DNA of 64,000 bases from Octopus sinensis (Eukaryota): the NCBI RefSeq assembly GCF_006345805.1, contig NC_042998.1, forward strand, positions 166,036,001-166,100,000. Reading direction: 5' to 3'. Below are positions 50,540 to 62,539 of the stretch, one piece after another. The stretch's first letter is position 1. Each line of letters begins with the position of its first letter. The position numbers and the translations under genes were made by a program. The notes below the pieces were generated by a model. That model was not told where the DNA came from, did not search any database, and was given only the letters and a program-made list of their open reading frames with translations.

Positions 50540-50720
50540 GGTACCATGTTAAAAGCACCCAGTGCACTCTGTGTAGTGGTTGGCATTAGGAAGGGCATGC
50601 AGCCATAGAAACCATGCCAGAACAGATAGTGAAGTTTGGTGCAGCTCCTGGCCTTACCAGCTCTAGTTAAACCATCCAATCCTTGCTGGCAAGGAAAATA
50701 AATGTTAAATGATGATGCTG
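50540..50720 (+). mobile_element. (GAT)n-tailed RTE-associated SINE-like 3' fragment
   Basis: GGTTGGCATTAGGAAGGGCATGCAGCC..AAATGATGATG; inverse copies at 54203, 57400 and 58697. Confidence 0.7.
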
Positions 50721-51093
50721 CTGCTGATGATGATGATGGTGAGTGATGTTTATGTAAAATAATTGGTTTCAGTCAGATGCCTTTCTGTTTGTTAACCAAG
50801 ATATAGAAATTGATGAAAACAATGATTATAGTAAAGTTTGATGTCATGACTTGGTATTCAGTATTATATTATTTCATCTCATGTGTTTTGTAGTTTATTT
50901 ATTAGTCTTTCTGTCAGTATTTAACTAATTGTGTAATTGTTAATTACTTACTGCATATGTAGTTTAACTATAGTTTCTGCTTTATAATTTTACATAGACA
51001 CGACAAAATAAATAGACATACTTATAATCATAAAAATTTATTTAAATCTGAAATTATACATTCAAATTATTTATTAATTACTTAATGTGAATA

Positions 51094-52081
51094 TTAATAT
51101 TTAGTAGACATGCCCTTTGCAATTTTTGTTTCAAGGACCCTATTAGGCATGCTACTGATCAGATAAGGAATATTCTTTTGAGGAATTTCCTGCCAAGTTT
51201 CATACAGTAATCTCAAAAGATCTAGCTTTGTGGATCCTTTTTTTGTTCTTTTTACAAAGTCTATTATGCCCCAGAGGTGTCCAATAGGGTTTATATCTGG
51301 TGACTGGCTTGGCCATGGAAACTTTTTAATGCCATTCTCTTCCAACCAATCTTGAATCTTTTTAGCCCCATCTTCCATAAAGACTTCTTTAATCATTTCA
51401 CTGCTGGAGAAGGTTGGAAGGTGTCCTTTTTGCAATATGGACATATTTTTATTTGAGTTTATGTTTCCCTCACACTCTACCAGCTCTGATCGACCATTGC
51501 TCCAAATTTCTCCCCATACCATCACAGAATAGCCGCTGTGTTTCATTGCTGGCTGCAATCATTTTATGTCAAACTCTTGTTCACAAACTCTCCTGACACT
51601 CAACCACTGTCAGAAAATACAGCAAATTTAGACTCATCAAAGAATATGACAGTGTCCCAGAATGCTAGTGGCCTCTCCACTATCTCACTGATCCAATCTT
51701 TTCTCTGCTTGATATTGGCTGGTTGAAAACACGGCTTCATTTTCACTGCTCTGTCATAGAACCCATGTTTATGGAAATACCTAACAGCTTTTCTGGGACT
51801 GACATCAACTTGTTCTGCTATGTTAAAGGCCTTGCAATGAGATTATTCTCCACACTTTCTCTTAATCAAGTGAAGGATCCTGTCAGAGGCCCCTAGTTGA
51901 CCTGGGTGAGGTGATGTGGACTCCTTCCATTCTCTGGTGAATTGCACAATCACTCTATTAACTGTAGAAAGTGAGATCCCAAGGTTTTCAGCAATTTTAC
52001 TCTAAGTCCACCTTCAGATTGACTTACAGTAAGGTCTCTTTGAAATTTGGACAGTTCTAAGGCTTCTTTTGTATGTGGCAT
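51094..52081 (-). pseudogene. Tc1-family transposase pseudogene (near full length)
   Basis: [32 protein letters not shown] (HTH); WDTVIFFDESKF; [11 protein letters not shown]; FMEDGA; [15 protein letters not shown] (DD34E with E>G); frameshifts; TIRs not identified. Confidence 0.9.
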
Positions 52082-52489
52082 GATTATACAGTCACATACA
52101 GAACCTGAAACATAAAAATGTCAATTAATAAAAAATTTAAACCATTTCAGGTTAAAATAAACATAAAACAATGTTTTATGGGATATCTATTTACTTCTGT
52201 TATGTCTGTGTATATTCTGAATAAATTTATTACTTTTTGAGGTAATGCAGTGTGGATTGGGTTTTGATATAAATTGAGTGGTTTATATACAATCAAGTTT
52301 TGTTTCATATTCAGTTTTTTTTACTAGGTTTAAATTATATTTTCAGAAAAATATATCATGTCATCATTGTCATCACCATAACTGCTGCTGTTCATTTGTT
52401 ATTCATCCATCATCTTAAATTTGCTAGTCTTTTACCTAAATCAGAAACCATTCTTTGTCTTATTATTATTATCATTAAATGCAAAATAG

Positions 52490-53599
52490 AGAGATGGCAG
52501 AATAATTAGCATGCTTGGCAAAATGCTTAGCAGTATTTCATCCATCTCTATGTTCTGGGTTCAAATTCCACTGAGGTTGACTTTGCCTTTCATCCTTCCA
52601 GGGTCAGTAAAATAAGTACCAGTTGAATACTAAGGAAATGTAATTGACTTACCTCCTTCCCCAAAACTGTTGACCTTGTACCAAAATTTGAAACCATTAT
52701 TATTACTAAAGGCAACAAATTGGCTGAATTGTTAGCATGATGGACAAAATACTTAGTCACCATAACTTTGGCTTTAAATTCTAAGTTCTAATCCTTCCAA
52801 GGATGAGCACTGGGGTTGGTGTAATTGATTTACTTCTCTCCTCAAAATCACTGGCCTAGTGCCAAAATTAGAATGAATAATTACTTATATATAAAGACTA
52901 GCTATTTTGACCAGTGCTTCGCTCGGGTTTTGGTGGTGGTGTTGTTTTGTGCATGTTGTCTCCTTTTCCCCTTCTTTTGTTTGTCTTCTTTACCTGGTTC
53001 TTTTTATTGCCCTCTTCTTTTTCTTATTTTAAAATTTTTTCTTCGTCTTTATCTTCTTTAAAACTCAATTTTTCCCATATTCCTCACCATGGCAACCAAA
53101 CGGTAGCCCCAAATGACTTGTAGCCCTCCTCACACCATTGCCCACCCCATTTTACCCCCCCCCCCCAGTGTAAATTTTGGCACCAATCTGACCCCATCTA
53201 CTGCCCCTTATACCGTTCCCATCCCAAAATGAGACAAATAACCAAGAAATCAAACAACTTTTTTGCATTTCAGCTTTATAGATTGAGATGGTGATCTGGC
53301 AGAATTGTTACCCTGCTGGACAAAAAGCTTAGCTGCATTTCTTCTGGTTTTATGTTTTGAACTCAAATTCTGCTAACCTTTCATTACCTTTCATCCTTTT
53401 GAGATTGATAAAATAAGTACCAGTTGAACCATGGGGTTGATGTAATAGACTATCTCTTGTTCCTAAAATTTCAGGCCTTGTACCTATGATAGATAGGATT
53501 ATTATCATTATAATTTATGAAGATTGACTTAAGTCTCCATGAATGTAAATGCACAATAAGAAAGGCATGATGCTATATGTAGTAAAATACAGATTGACG

Positions 53600-53643
<44 letters not shown>

Positions 53644-53870
53644 AATGCTTTACGGTGGCAAGCTGGCAGAATTGTTAGCATGTTGGGCAAAATACTTTGT
53701 GGCATTTCGTCTTTATGTTCTGAGTTCAAAGTTTACTGAGGTCGACTTTGCCTTTCATCCTTTTAGGGTCGATAAATTAAATACCAGTGAAACATTGAGG
53801 TTGCTGTAATCAACTTATCCCCTCCCACAAAAAAATTTCAGGCCCTGTACCTATAGTAGAAAAGATTATT
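52490..53870 (+). mobile_element. Cluster of four SINE family C copies (about 52490, 52710, 53290, 53655)
   Basis: Each has a GGCAGAATT.TTAGCAT head and a TTTCATCCTT..G.G..GATAAA.TAAGTACCAG core (the second is internally deleted). Confidence 0.8.
52898..53288 (-). mobile_element. Non-autonomous Helitron
   Basis: Minus-strand TCTCAATCTATAAAG 5' end and CCCGAGCGAAGCACTGG...GCTAG|T 3' end. Confidence 0.5.
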
Positions 53871-53900
53871 CAAATGCTTTATATTTATATTTATATTCAG

Positions 53901-53969
53901 AGCTCACGGAAGAACCGTAGCAGTACCAGGGGATATTTCATGGCTGGCAGGAACATGAGTTGGATGCCT
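53901..53969 (+). CDS. SLC5A: SLC5 cotransporter, coding exon 2 (SSRKNRSSTRGYFMAGRNMSWMP)
   Basis: TTCAG acceptor and GTAAGT donor; GYF.AGR.M.W.P is the SGLT/SMIT signature; in frame with exons 1 and 3. Confidence 0.93.
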
Positions 53970-54202
53970 GTAAGTAAAACTATTTTATTGTATTTTATTC
54001 ACTGTTTATGCAGAATATGTCCCTGGTTACAGATTTTCATGTTTCAATAAGTGTCTGACAGCAGAAGTAACAAAGTATCTGTAACTTGATATACAACAAA
54101 TAGCACAACAAAATTTCATTTGGAATGTACTAATTTTCCAATTTGTTTGCTGATTTTTTTTTTTTTTTTTGAAGTGGATTAATGCAATTAATTAAAAGTC
54201 AG

Positions 54203-54660
54203 ATCATCATCATCATCATTATTTAATGTCCGTTTTCCATCCTGGCATGGGTTGGATGGTTTGACAGAAGCTGACCAGCTGAAGGGCTGTTCAGGCTCCA
54301 AGTCTGTTTTGGCATGGTTTCTACAGCTGGATGCCCTTCCTAGCTCTAACCAGTTTATAGTGTGTACTTTTACACAGTACCAGTATGAGTGCTTTTTATG
54401 TGACACCAGCACTTAAGAGCCCACAAGATTAGGGATGCTAGGTAGAGATGGTTGCAAGGGACAAGCATGTATACAAGGGCAACCATGCTTTTACTTAGTT
54501 TGATGTATCTTTTCAAGCACAGCGAACCACCAGGAGTTTTAGTCCCCTGTCATCCCCTCTGTGGGTCTCATTTATAGATTCTTTCTCACCACTTTGTCCC
54601 ACATCTTCCTGGGTCTACCCCTTCCACATGCTCCCACTATAATTAGAGATTGGCACCTTC
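54203..54660 (-). mobile_element. (GAT)n-tailed RTE-associated element
   Basis: CATCATCAT..TTTAATGTCCGTTTTCCATCCTGGCATGGGTTGGA..GGATGCCCTTCCTA; shared with 57400 and 58697. Confidence 0.75.
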
Positions 54661-54839
54661 TAATGCAACTATCCTCAATTAATTAAAATTGAAAATGGGC
54701 AATGTGGTGAGGGGAAGAATAGTTTGACCTTCGGCAGACATTGTAATAACTCTGTACATGTTAGTTTAATTCGATCTCACATCATTTGTGTGTTTACTAG
54801 ATTGAAGGAGAGAAAGAAATATATGCATATACAGGGTAT

Positions 54840-55455
54840 GCAATCATGAGGTAGTGAGTTTGATTCCCAGACTGGCTTGTGTGTTGTGTTATTGAGTAAG
54901 ACACTTTATTTCATGTTGCTTCAGTTCACTCAGCTGTAGAAATGTGTTGCAACATCACTGGTGGTGACTGCTAATCTTCCATAAACAGCCTTACCTGGAC
55001 TTGTACCTCAGAGGGAAATTTCTAGGTGCAATCCTATGGTCATTTATGACTGAAGGGGGTCTTTACCCTTTTACATACGTTGATAGGTGCAAGTGTGGCA
55101 TGAGCACGGGTATGACTGTGTAGTAAGAAGTTTGTTTCTTAACCACATGGTTTTTATGTTCAGTCTCACTGTGTGGCACCTTGGGTAAGTGTCTTCTATA
55201 CACCTGGGCCACCCAAAGCCTTGTAAGTGGATTTGGAAGGTGGAAAGCCCATTGTGTGTGTGTTTCTCCTTGTCCTGACATTGTGTGATTGTTGTAAATG
55301 AGTGTCATTGTAATACAGATAGTATCAATCATTTCCAAAACCATGTCAGCCATGGGGAAATATTACCTTGCTTTGAAGCAGATGAGGACATAGAAAATCT
55401 ACTTTATATAAACTCTGTCTAACCCATGGAAAAGTGGACATTATGATGATGATGA
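54840..55455 (+). mobile_element. Two adjacent tRNA-derived SINE variants (B-like 54840-55070; A-like 55095-55455)
   Basis: GAGTTTGATTCCC..TTGAGTAAGACACTTTA and GTGTGGCACCTTGGGTAAGTGTCTT cores; (GAT)n tail on the second. Confidence 0.65.
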
Positions 55456-55900
55456 TTGGTATGACAACACAAACTTAGAGAAATAGTCCTGGAATATCAT
55501 CCACACAGAAAATGGTGAAGTGCTTAATGAGGTGAGTATAATAACTCTAATTATTGAAGGCTATATCTAAGGCTATATCAACATCAAACCCTTTCACTGC
55601 AAAATTAAAATTCATGGTCATTAATAATGTTAAATATCTACCAAAAAAATTAGAATTGGGATTTTTTGCAATCACTCTTCCTCAGTAAACTTGACAGACC
55701 TCAACAAAAAGTAGTTTCAAACATGACATTCCTCAACAAAAGATAGATTGGTATATCAAACTGCCTTTTGCAGTTATGGATAATAACATTTTAAGTGGAT
55801 ATATAGCATTGAACCAGTTATCCAGCAAGTTTGGGAATGGAAGTGTCCAAGATATCTGGATTTTCTGGTTTTCTCAAGACAATCTAAATATATATTTAAA

Positions 55901-56310
55901 ATGTGGCTGTGTGGTAAGTAGCTTGCCTACAACCACATGGTTCCGGGTTCAGTCCCACTGCGTGGCATCTTGGGCAAGTGTCTTCTGCTATAGCCTCGGG
56001 CCGACCAATGCCTTGTGAGTGGATTTGGTAGACGGAAACTGAAAGAAGCCTGTCGTATATATGGGTATATATATATATATGTGTGTGTATATGTTTGTGT
56101 GTCTGTGTTTGTTCCTCTAGCATTGCTTGACAACCGATGCTGGTGTGTTTACGTCCCCATCACTTAGCGGTTTGGCAAAAGAGACCGATAGAATAAGTAC
56201 TGGGCTTACAAAGAATAAGTCCTGGGGTTGATTTGATTTGACTAAAGGCGGTGCTCCAGCATGGCCGCAGTCAAATGACTGAAACAAGTAAAAGAGTAAA
56301 GAGTAAAAGA
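55901..56310 (+). mobile_element. SINE family A (young)
   Basis: Colinear homology to 28343-28720. Confidence 0.9.
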
Positions 56311-56410
56311 GAGTATGAAAATTAATGAGCTAAATTGTATTTAACAGTTTCAAATTAACTGGTATTTATTAACCCATATAAAATCCATAAAATATGTTAT
56401 ACTGTACTGT

Positions 56411-56642
56411 TTTACTTGTTTCAATCATTTGACTGTGGCCATGCTGGAGCACTGCCTTTAGTCAGGTAAATCAACCCCAGGACTTACTCCTTGGAAGCCT
56501 AGTACTTATTCTATCTTCTTGTTTGCCAAACCGCTAAGTTACGGGGACGTAAACATACCACCATCGGTTGTCAAGTGATGTTGGTGGGGATAAACACACA
56601 CACACACACATACACACACACACACATGCACACACACATATA

Positions 56643-56689
<47 letters not shown>

Positions 56690-56852
56690 GACAGCCTTCT
56701 TTCAGTTTCCGTCTACCAAATCCACTCACAAGGCTTTGGTCGGCCAAGGCTATAGTAGAAGACACTTGCTCAAGGTGCCACACAGTGAGAATGAGCCCGG
56801 AACCATGTGGTTGGTAAGCAAGCTACTTACCACACAGCCACACCTGCGCCTA
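56411..56852 (-). mobile_element. SINE family A, tail-to-tail with the previous copy
   Basis: Reverse-complement homology over full length. Confidence 0.9.
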
Positions 56853-57399
56853 TTGTGTATACAATATAATGCTTATAGTATTGAAAACTAAATAAAGGAA
56901 ATAATTTTATTTAATAGATACAGACACAAAGTAATAGGAATTCTAAAGCAGAGTATGCTTAATCTTTATCAATTGTTAATACCTAAAAGAATTATAACCA
57001 TATGAATTCACTATATTTTGAGTGAATTGCTTAATGATACTGACATTCAGAAATGTTGATTCATTCAAAATTGGTGCATTGAAAGTCACCCAAAAGATGG
57101 ATTAGGCTGAGGTTTGTAAAAATAAATGTTCTTTTTCTTTTATCTTTTACTTGTTTCAGTCATTGGACTGTGGTCATGCTGGGACACTGCCTTGAAGGGT
57201 TTAGTTAGAAAAATAAACCCCAATAATCATTTTTCAAGCCTAGTACTTATTCTATCAGTCTCTTCTGCTGAACTGTTAAGTTGTGGGGATGTAAACAAAC
57301 CAGTACTGGTTGCTAAGACTCACAAATATTTTCACACACACATACACACCACACACATATATAAATACATAAATAAACATCATATATATCATCATATAT

Positions 57400-57948
57400 T
57401 ATCATCATCATCATCATTGCCATCATTCAACGTCTGCTTTCCATGGTGGCATAGGTTGGACAGTTTGACTGAGGATTGGCAAGCCAGAAGGCGGCACCAA
57501 GCTCCAATATGATGTGGCAAAATTTCTGCAGCTGGATGCCCTTCCTAATGCCAACCATTCCAAGAGTGTAGTGGGTGCTTTTTATGTGCCACTGGCATGA
57601 GGGCCAGTTAGGCAGGACTGGCAACAATCACACTTGACTGGTACTTTTTATGTGCCACCAGCATGGGACCAGTCAGGCAGCACTGGCATCGACCATGGCA
57701 ACAATTTCACTTGCTTCAACAGGTCATCGCAAGCAGTTTTACTGCCCAATGATTGAAGGGTACTCTTAAATGGGCTGGTTATGCTGCACTGGCATACGCC
57801 ACAGTTATGGTCTCACTTGGCTTGCCGGATCTTCTCAAGCATAGCATATCTCCAAAGGTCACTTGTCATCGCTTCAGTGAGGCCCAATGTTCAAAGGTTG
57901 TGCTTCACCACCTCATCCCAAGTCTTCCTTGGTCTACATCTTCCACAG
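57400..57948 (-). mobile_element. (GAT)n-tailed RTE-associated element
   Basis: Same tail as 54203; TSDRDLWRYAVLEK-like RTE C-terminal remnant in the duplicated segment. Confidence 0.7.
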
Positions 57949-58068
57949 GCGATGACAAGTGACCGAGACCTTTGGAGATATGCTGTGCTTGAGAAGATCC
58001 GGCGAGCCAAGTGAGACCATAACTGTGGCGTATGCCAGTGCAGCATAACCAGCCCATTTAAGAGTACC
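57759..58068. repeat. Long inverted repeat: arms 57759-57872 (114 bp) and 57949-58068 (120 bp), 76-nt loop
   Basis: The arms differ by two T/C substitutions and one 6-bp indel. Confidence 0.92.
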
Positions 58069-58502
58069 TCTGGTTGTCAGTTTGAAAAATTAGTACAGGT
58101 ACAACATCAATTTTCCAGAACCCTTTGTTCCAAAGCCTTTCTAGATTACTAACTTTTCTCAGCCACAAGTGGCCACTTTGGTTAACCTATTCTAAATTAA
58201 CTTTTTAGCATTAAAACCAGTCAATAAATAAACATTACAATCTATAGAGTAACTTAAATGCTAAAGGGTTAAACAAATATTAAATTTATTTTAAATAAAT
58301 GAAATTCAAGTACCTGTACATCAGTTTAAATGATTCAAGTTTATTAATAGTGTACTGTGGATGGTATTAGTCTGTACAAGGTATATGTATACTAGTCTGA
58401 TGGATGTGGGAATATGAAGTTCCTGTTTGTATATTGTGGAATATATGAGGATCAGGACCATCAGTGTCTGAAAAGTCAGAGTTGTACCTGTTCTCTCATC
58501 TA

Positions 58503-58697
58503 CAAGTGGTTACTGAAAAGTTCTTGGTTTTAAGGGTATTGTGAGAGGCCCCAAGTTCTTTCACAGGGCTTAGAAAAACTGAAGGACCACTGCAATAAGT
58601 GTGTGAATCTGAGAGGGGAATGTTGAATAAAATCATAATTAACCGATCCTCCTGCATTTTCTTATGCCCAAAGCAAGGAACTTTTCAGCAACCCTCA
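58503..58697 (+). mobile_element. Mariner-derived MITE
   Basis: TGGTTACTGAAAAGTTCTTGG ... CAAGGAACTTTTCAGCAACCCTC TIRs; internal GLEKLKDHCNKCVNLRGE (mariner C-terminus). Confidence 0.7.
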
Positions 58698-59280
58698 TAT
58701 CATCATCATCATTTAACATCTGTTATCCATGCTGGCATGGGTTGGATGGTTTGACTGGGCTGGCATGCTGGAAGGTTGAACTAGGATCCAGTCTGATTTG
58801 GCATGGTTTTCTACAGCTGGATGCCCTTCCTAATGCCAACAATTCCAAGAGTGTAATAGGTGCTTTTACGTGCCAATGGCATGGGTGCCATTTGCATGAC
58901 ACTGGTATCTACTATGACTATGATTTTGCTTGGCTTCATGGTTCTTCTCAAGCACAACATAATGTCAAAGGTCTTGGTCATTGCCTCTGTGAGGCCCAAC
59001 ACTCGAATGGAGCTCAGCCACTTTGCCTTTATGAGGCCCAGTGCTTGAAAGGAGCTCAGTCACTTTGCTTCCATGAGGCCCAGGAGCTCGACCACTTTGC
59101 CTCCATGAAGTCCAGCATTTGAAAGGAACTCACCCACCTTGCCTCCGTGAGGCCTGCTTGAAAGGAACTCAGCCACCTTGCCTCTGTGAGGCCCAACACT
59201 TGAAAGGAACTCAGCCGCTTTGCCTCCATGAGGCCCAATGTTCGAAAAGTACTCAGCTACTTCGGCTCCATGAGACCTGT
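58697..59280 (-). mobile_element. (GAT)n-tailed element containing an approximately 42-bp minisatellite (58990-59278)
   Basis: Tail as at 54203; units TGAGGCCCAACACTTGAAAGGAACTCAGCCACTTTGCCTCCA start at 58990, 59032, 59074, 59106, 59148, 59187, 59229 and 59271. Confidence 0.75.
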
Positions 59281-59287
59281 TGTTCAA

Positions 59288-59318
<31 letters not shown>

Positions 59319-59330
59319 TACATATATATG

Positions 59331-59520
59331 CGAGGGGTTGCTAAAAAATTCCTGGCCTGGTTAGAGGCCCAACTTTCCGAGTTCTTTTGCAGGTCTTAGA
59401 AAAACTGAAGGGCTGCTGCTGTGTGAATCTGAGAGGGGAATTTGTTGAATTAAATCATAATTAACTGATCCCCCTTTATTTTCTTTTACCCAAAGCCAGG
59501 AACTTTTCAGCACCCCGTCA
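59331..59520 (+). mobile_element. Mariner-derived MITE (second copy)
   Basis: CGAGGGGTTGCTAAAAAATTCCTGGC ... GCCAGGAACTTTTCAGCACCCCG; homologous to 58503-58697. Confidence 0.75.
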
Positions 59521-59591
59521 TAGAGCATAAGTCTCAATAGAAAAATTTCTTTGTGAAAATATTTGACAGAATTCTACATTCTCTTTTACAG

Positions 59592-59696
59592 GTTGGAGCT
59601 TCTCTGTTTGCCAGTAACATTGGGAGCATTCATTTTATTGGTCTGGCTGGTTCAGGAGCTGCAGCTGGCATAGCAGTTGGAGTATTTGAAATAAAT
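59592..59696 (+). CDS. SLC5A: SLC5 cotransporter, coding exon 3 ([35 protein letters not shown])
   Basis: TTTACAG acceptor and GTAAG donor; 105 nt as in vertebrate SLC5A1; [21 protein letters not shown] motif. Confidence 0.96.
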
Positions 59697-59700
59697 GTAA

Positions 59701-59706
59701 GCTTTT

Positions 59707-59739
<33 letters not shown>

Positions 59740-59832
59740 TTTCTTTCTTTTTCTTTCTTTTTCTTTCTTTTTCTTTCTTTTCTTTTCTTTTTCTTTTCTT
59801 TCATTTTCTTTCCTTTCCTTTTCTTTTCTTTT
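59701..59832 (+). repeat. Pure pyrimidine (CTTT/CTTTT)n tract immediately after the exon 3 donor
   Basis: Direct reading. Confidence 0.9.
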
Positions 59833-60279
59833 TGCTGCATATACAGAAATTTCTGTTTTACTTTTCTAAAGTATAAATTAGAATTTTGGCTAGTTCAGTT
59901 TGATTCCCATTTGGAGCCATTCCATTTCAGGTAGGCTTCATGCATGAGAATTTAGCTGTAGCTTTGAATAGGTTAGCTCTCTGAAACGGCACCCTGTGGA
60001 AGTCGAACTTATTGACTCTTCTTTTCTCATATATGACCTAATGTAACATTTGGAAGGCAAGTGATGTACTTACCTAGATAATGATATCCTTAAAGTTTTT
60101 ACCCATTTATTCTTTTACTTGTTTCAATCATTTGACAATGACAGAAGATGAATTGTGGTGAGAAGGTGAAAGAAACTAGTGCATAATGGGCAAAACAGTG
60201 ATTGGAGGTGACAGGAAAAATAGAGGAGGGTGACATAGTAGTGATATTATAAGAAGGAATGTATTTCAATATCTTTAAT

Positions 60280-60650
60280 CTTTTATTTGTCTCAGTCATT
60301 AGGCTGTGGCCATGCTGGAGCACTGCTGTGAAGAATTTTTAGATGAATGAATCAACCCCAGTACTTTTGTTTTTTAAGCCTGGTACTTATTCTATGGATC
60401 CCTTTGCTGAACCACTAAGTTATGGGGACGTAAACATACCAACACCAGTTATCAAGCGGTGGTGGGAGACTAACACAGACACAAAGACACACACACAATG
60501 GGTTTCTTTCAGTTTCTGTCTGCCAAATGCATTCATGAGGCTTTGGTCAGCCTGAGGCTATAGTAAAATACATTTGCCCAAGGTGCTATGTAGTGGGATT
60601 GAACCTGGAACCATGTGGTTGGGAAGTAAGCTACTTACCACACAGCCACC
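60280..60650 (-). mobile_element. SINE family A (CpG-decayed)
   Basis: Reverse-complement homology. Confidence 0.85.
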
Positions 60651-60942
60651 CCAAGATTTTTTTTTTGAAGGAGTATATATAACTTTATATGTTAGTGTAT
60701 TGATGTTGTTCAGGTTAGAAAAGACAAGTGCTATGAAATGCTACTATAAGAATGAAAATGCTGGTTGGTGTGCAGTACGGAAGATTTTCATCATCTGGGA
60801 CCAATAAAAATCTGAATTATATGCTGACTAACTGAATTAAAAAGCATGAACTTATTGAATTGAATGTTTTAACAGGGGTATTTATTTTAATTTTATTTAG
60901 CATTCTCCATTCCTAAAATGTTATGATTTTTTTTATGTTTAG

Positions 60943-61002
60943 GCCATGTTTGTCCTCCTTCTGATGGGATATATATTTCTGCCTGTTTATATATCTGCTG
61001 GG
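60943..61002 (+). CDS. SLC5A: SLC5 cotransporter, coding exon 4 (AMFVLLLMGYIFLPVYISAG); the gene continues beyond the window
   Basis: TTTAG acceptor and GTAAGT donor; 60 nt as in SLC5A1 exon 4 (LG..F.P.YI.AG). Exon 5 (TMPEYL..RFGG) was not found before 64000. Confidence 0.93.
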
Positions 61003-61264
61003 GTAAGTTCTTGACTTTTTTTAGTGATGCCTCTAAGTAATTCAGTTGCAATTGTCTAAGTGTATTGATGTCTAAGTGTTTTCATCATCATCACTATCAT
61101 CATTATCAGTGTCGTCACTACCACAATACCCCTATTATTTTTCTTATATATGTTTGAATGTGTGTGTATGTGTGTGCATGAGTGTGAGAGAGTGAGAGTT
61201 CACCTTGTGGGACAGCTCTGATTGGCAGTTGTGTTCAACCTCTGGTAAATGTTATCTCCTAGAC

Positions 61265-61546
61265 CAGTGTTCTCTAACATTTTTATACCAAGGACTGGTT
61301 TAATGCAAGATTATTTTTCCATGGAACAGGAGGATCAAGTACATCATAAAACACAAGAAAATACATAATACTTAAGTTAATTATTGCATATATAAAACAT
61401 ATATAATCTAAAGATTATACCCTACAGATTGCAATAGTCAATAACATAGATATAAACATTTTAAAATTTATTCTTTCTGAACAGCCTGGTACCAAAATGA
61501 TCTACATCTTGTTACTAGTCTGCAGTCTGGTAGTTGGGGACACTTG
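61265..61546. mobile_element. Possible hAT-like MITE
   Basis: CAGTGTTCTCTAAC ... GTTGGGGACACTTG ends; TSD not convincing. Confidence 0.4.
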
Positions 61547-62079
61547 TTCTAAAATTAATATCGTAAAATCAAGGAAGAAACTGGATCTTGGTTGTTGTTA
61601 TATAATTATACAGATTTGCTGAGTAATTTTGCTGCATTTTGAAAAAATATATGTAAAAAAAATAACACATATGGAATTGTAATTCAGAAGAGCACTGGAC
61701 TAGAACTGAATGAATGGTGTGAAGTACTGACTTGTCAGAACACTTGTCAGAACACAACTTGTCAGAACACAATGTCAGAACACTTTTATCAAATTGTATC
61801 CACTAAAGTATAATATATATAAATAAATAAATATGTATGTGTATGTTTGTGTGTAGGCGTGTAGCTTAGTGGTTAGAACATCGCACTCATGATTGTATGA
61901 TTGGAATTTCAATTCCTTAATTGGGCAACACCTTGTATTCTTGAACAAATCACTTCGTTTCACATTACTCCAGTTCACTCAGCTGTCAAAAATCAGAGAT
62001 CTGGCTCAGAGAATGGCTCAAGAAGGACTGTTAATCCATTTTGCTGTATACACACACACACACACTCACACACACATAA

Positions 62080-62500
62080 AGGCAGCAAGCTGGCAGAAAC
62101 ATTAGCATGCTAGACAAAATGTTAAGAGGGACTTCCAGCCTTACGTTCAGATGCTGCCATAGTCAACCTTACTTTCCAGGGTTGATAAAATAAATACCAG
62201 TTTAACACAGGGGTCAGTAAAGTTGACATGTTCTCTCCCTCAAAATTTCAGGCCTTGTGCATATAGGTAAAAGAATTATTATTATTAAGGGTTGAGAGCT
62301 GGCAGAATCATTTACATACTGGACAAAATACTTAGCAGTATCTCTTCTGGCTTTACATTCCGAATTCAAATTTCACTGAAGTCAACTTTGAATTTCATCC
62401 TTTTGGAGTCTACAAAATAAGTACCAGTAAAACACTGGGTCAATCTAATCAACTTGCTCCTTCTGCCAAAATTTCAGGCCTTGTGCCTATAATAGAAAGT
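62080..62500 (+). mobile_element. Two tandem SINE family C copies
   Basis: GCTGGCAGAA heads; both end AAATTTCAGGCCTTGTGC. Confidence 0.8.
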
Positions 62501-62539
62501 GTTTTATATATATATATATGGTTATATGGTGGTTGTCTA

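Noticed and set aside
58990-59278. CRISPR-like array
   Set aside because: Tandem units with no unique spacers, no cas genes, and a eukaryotic retroelement context; it is a minisatellite.
61725-61790. Short CTTGTCAGAACA tandem repeat as a regulatory array
   Set aside because: Four to five slipped copies with no supporting context; most simply replication slippage.
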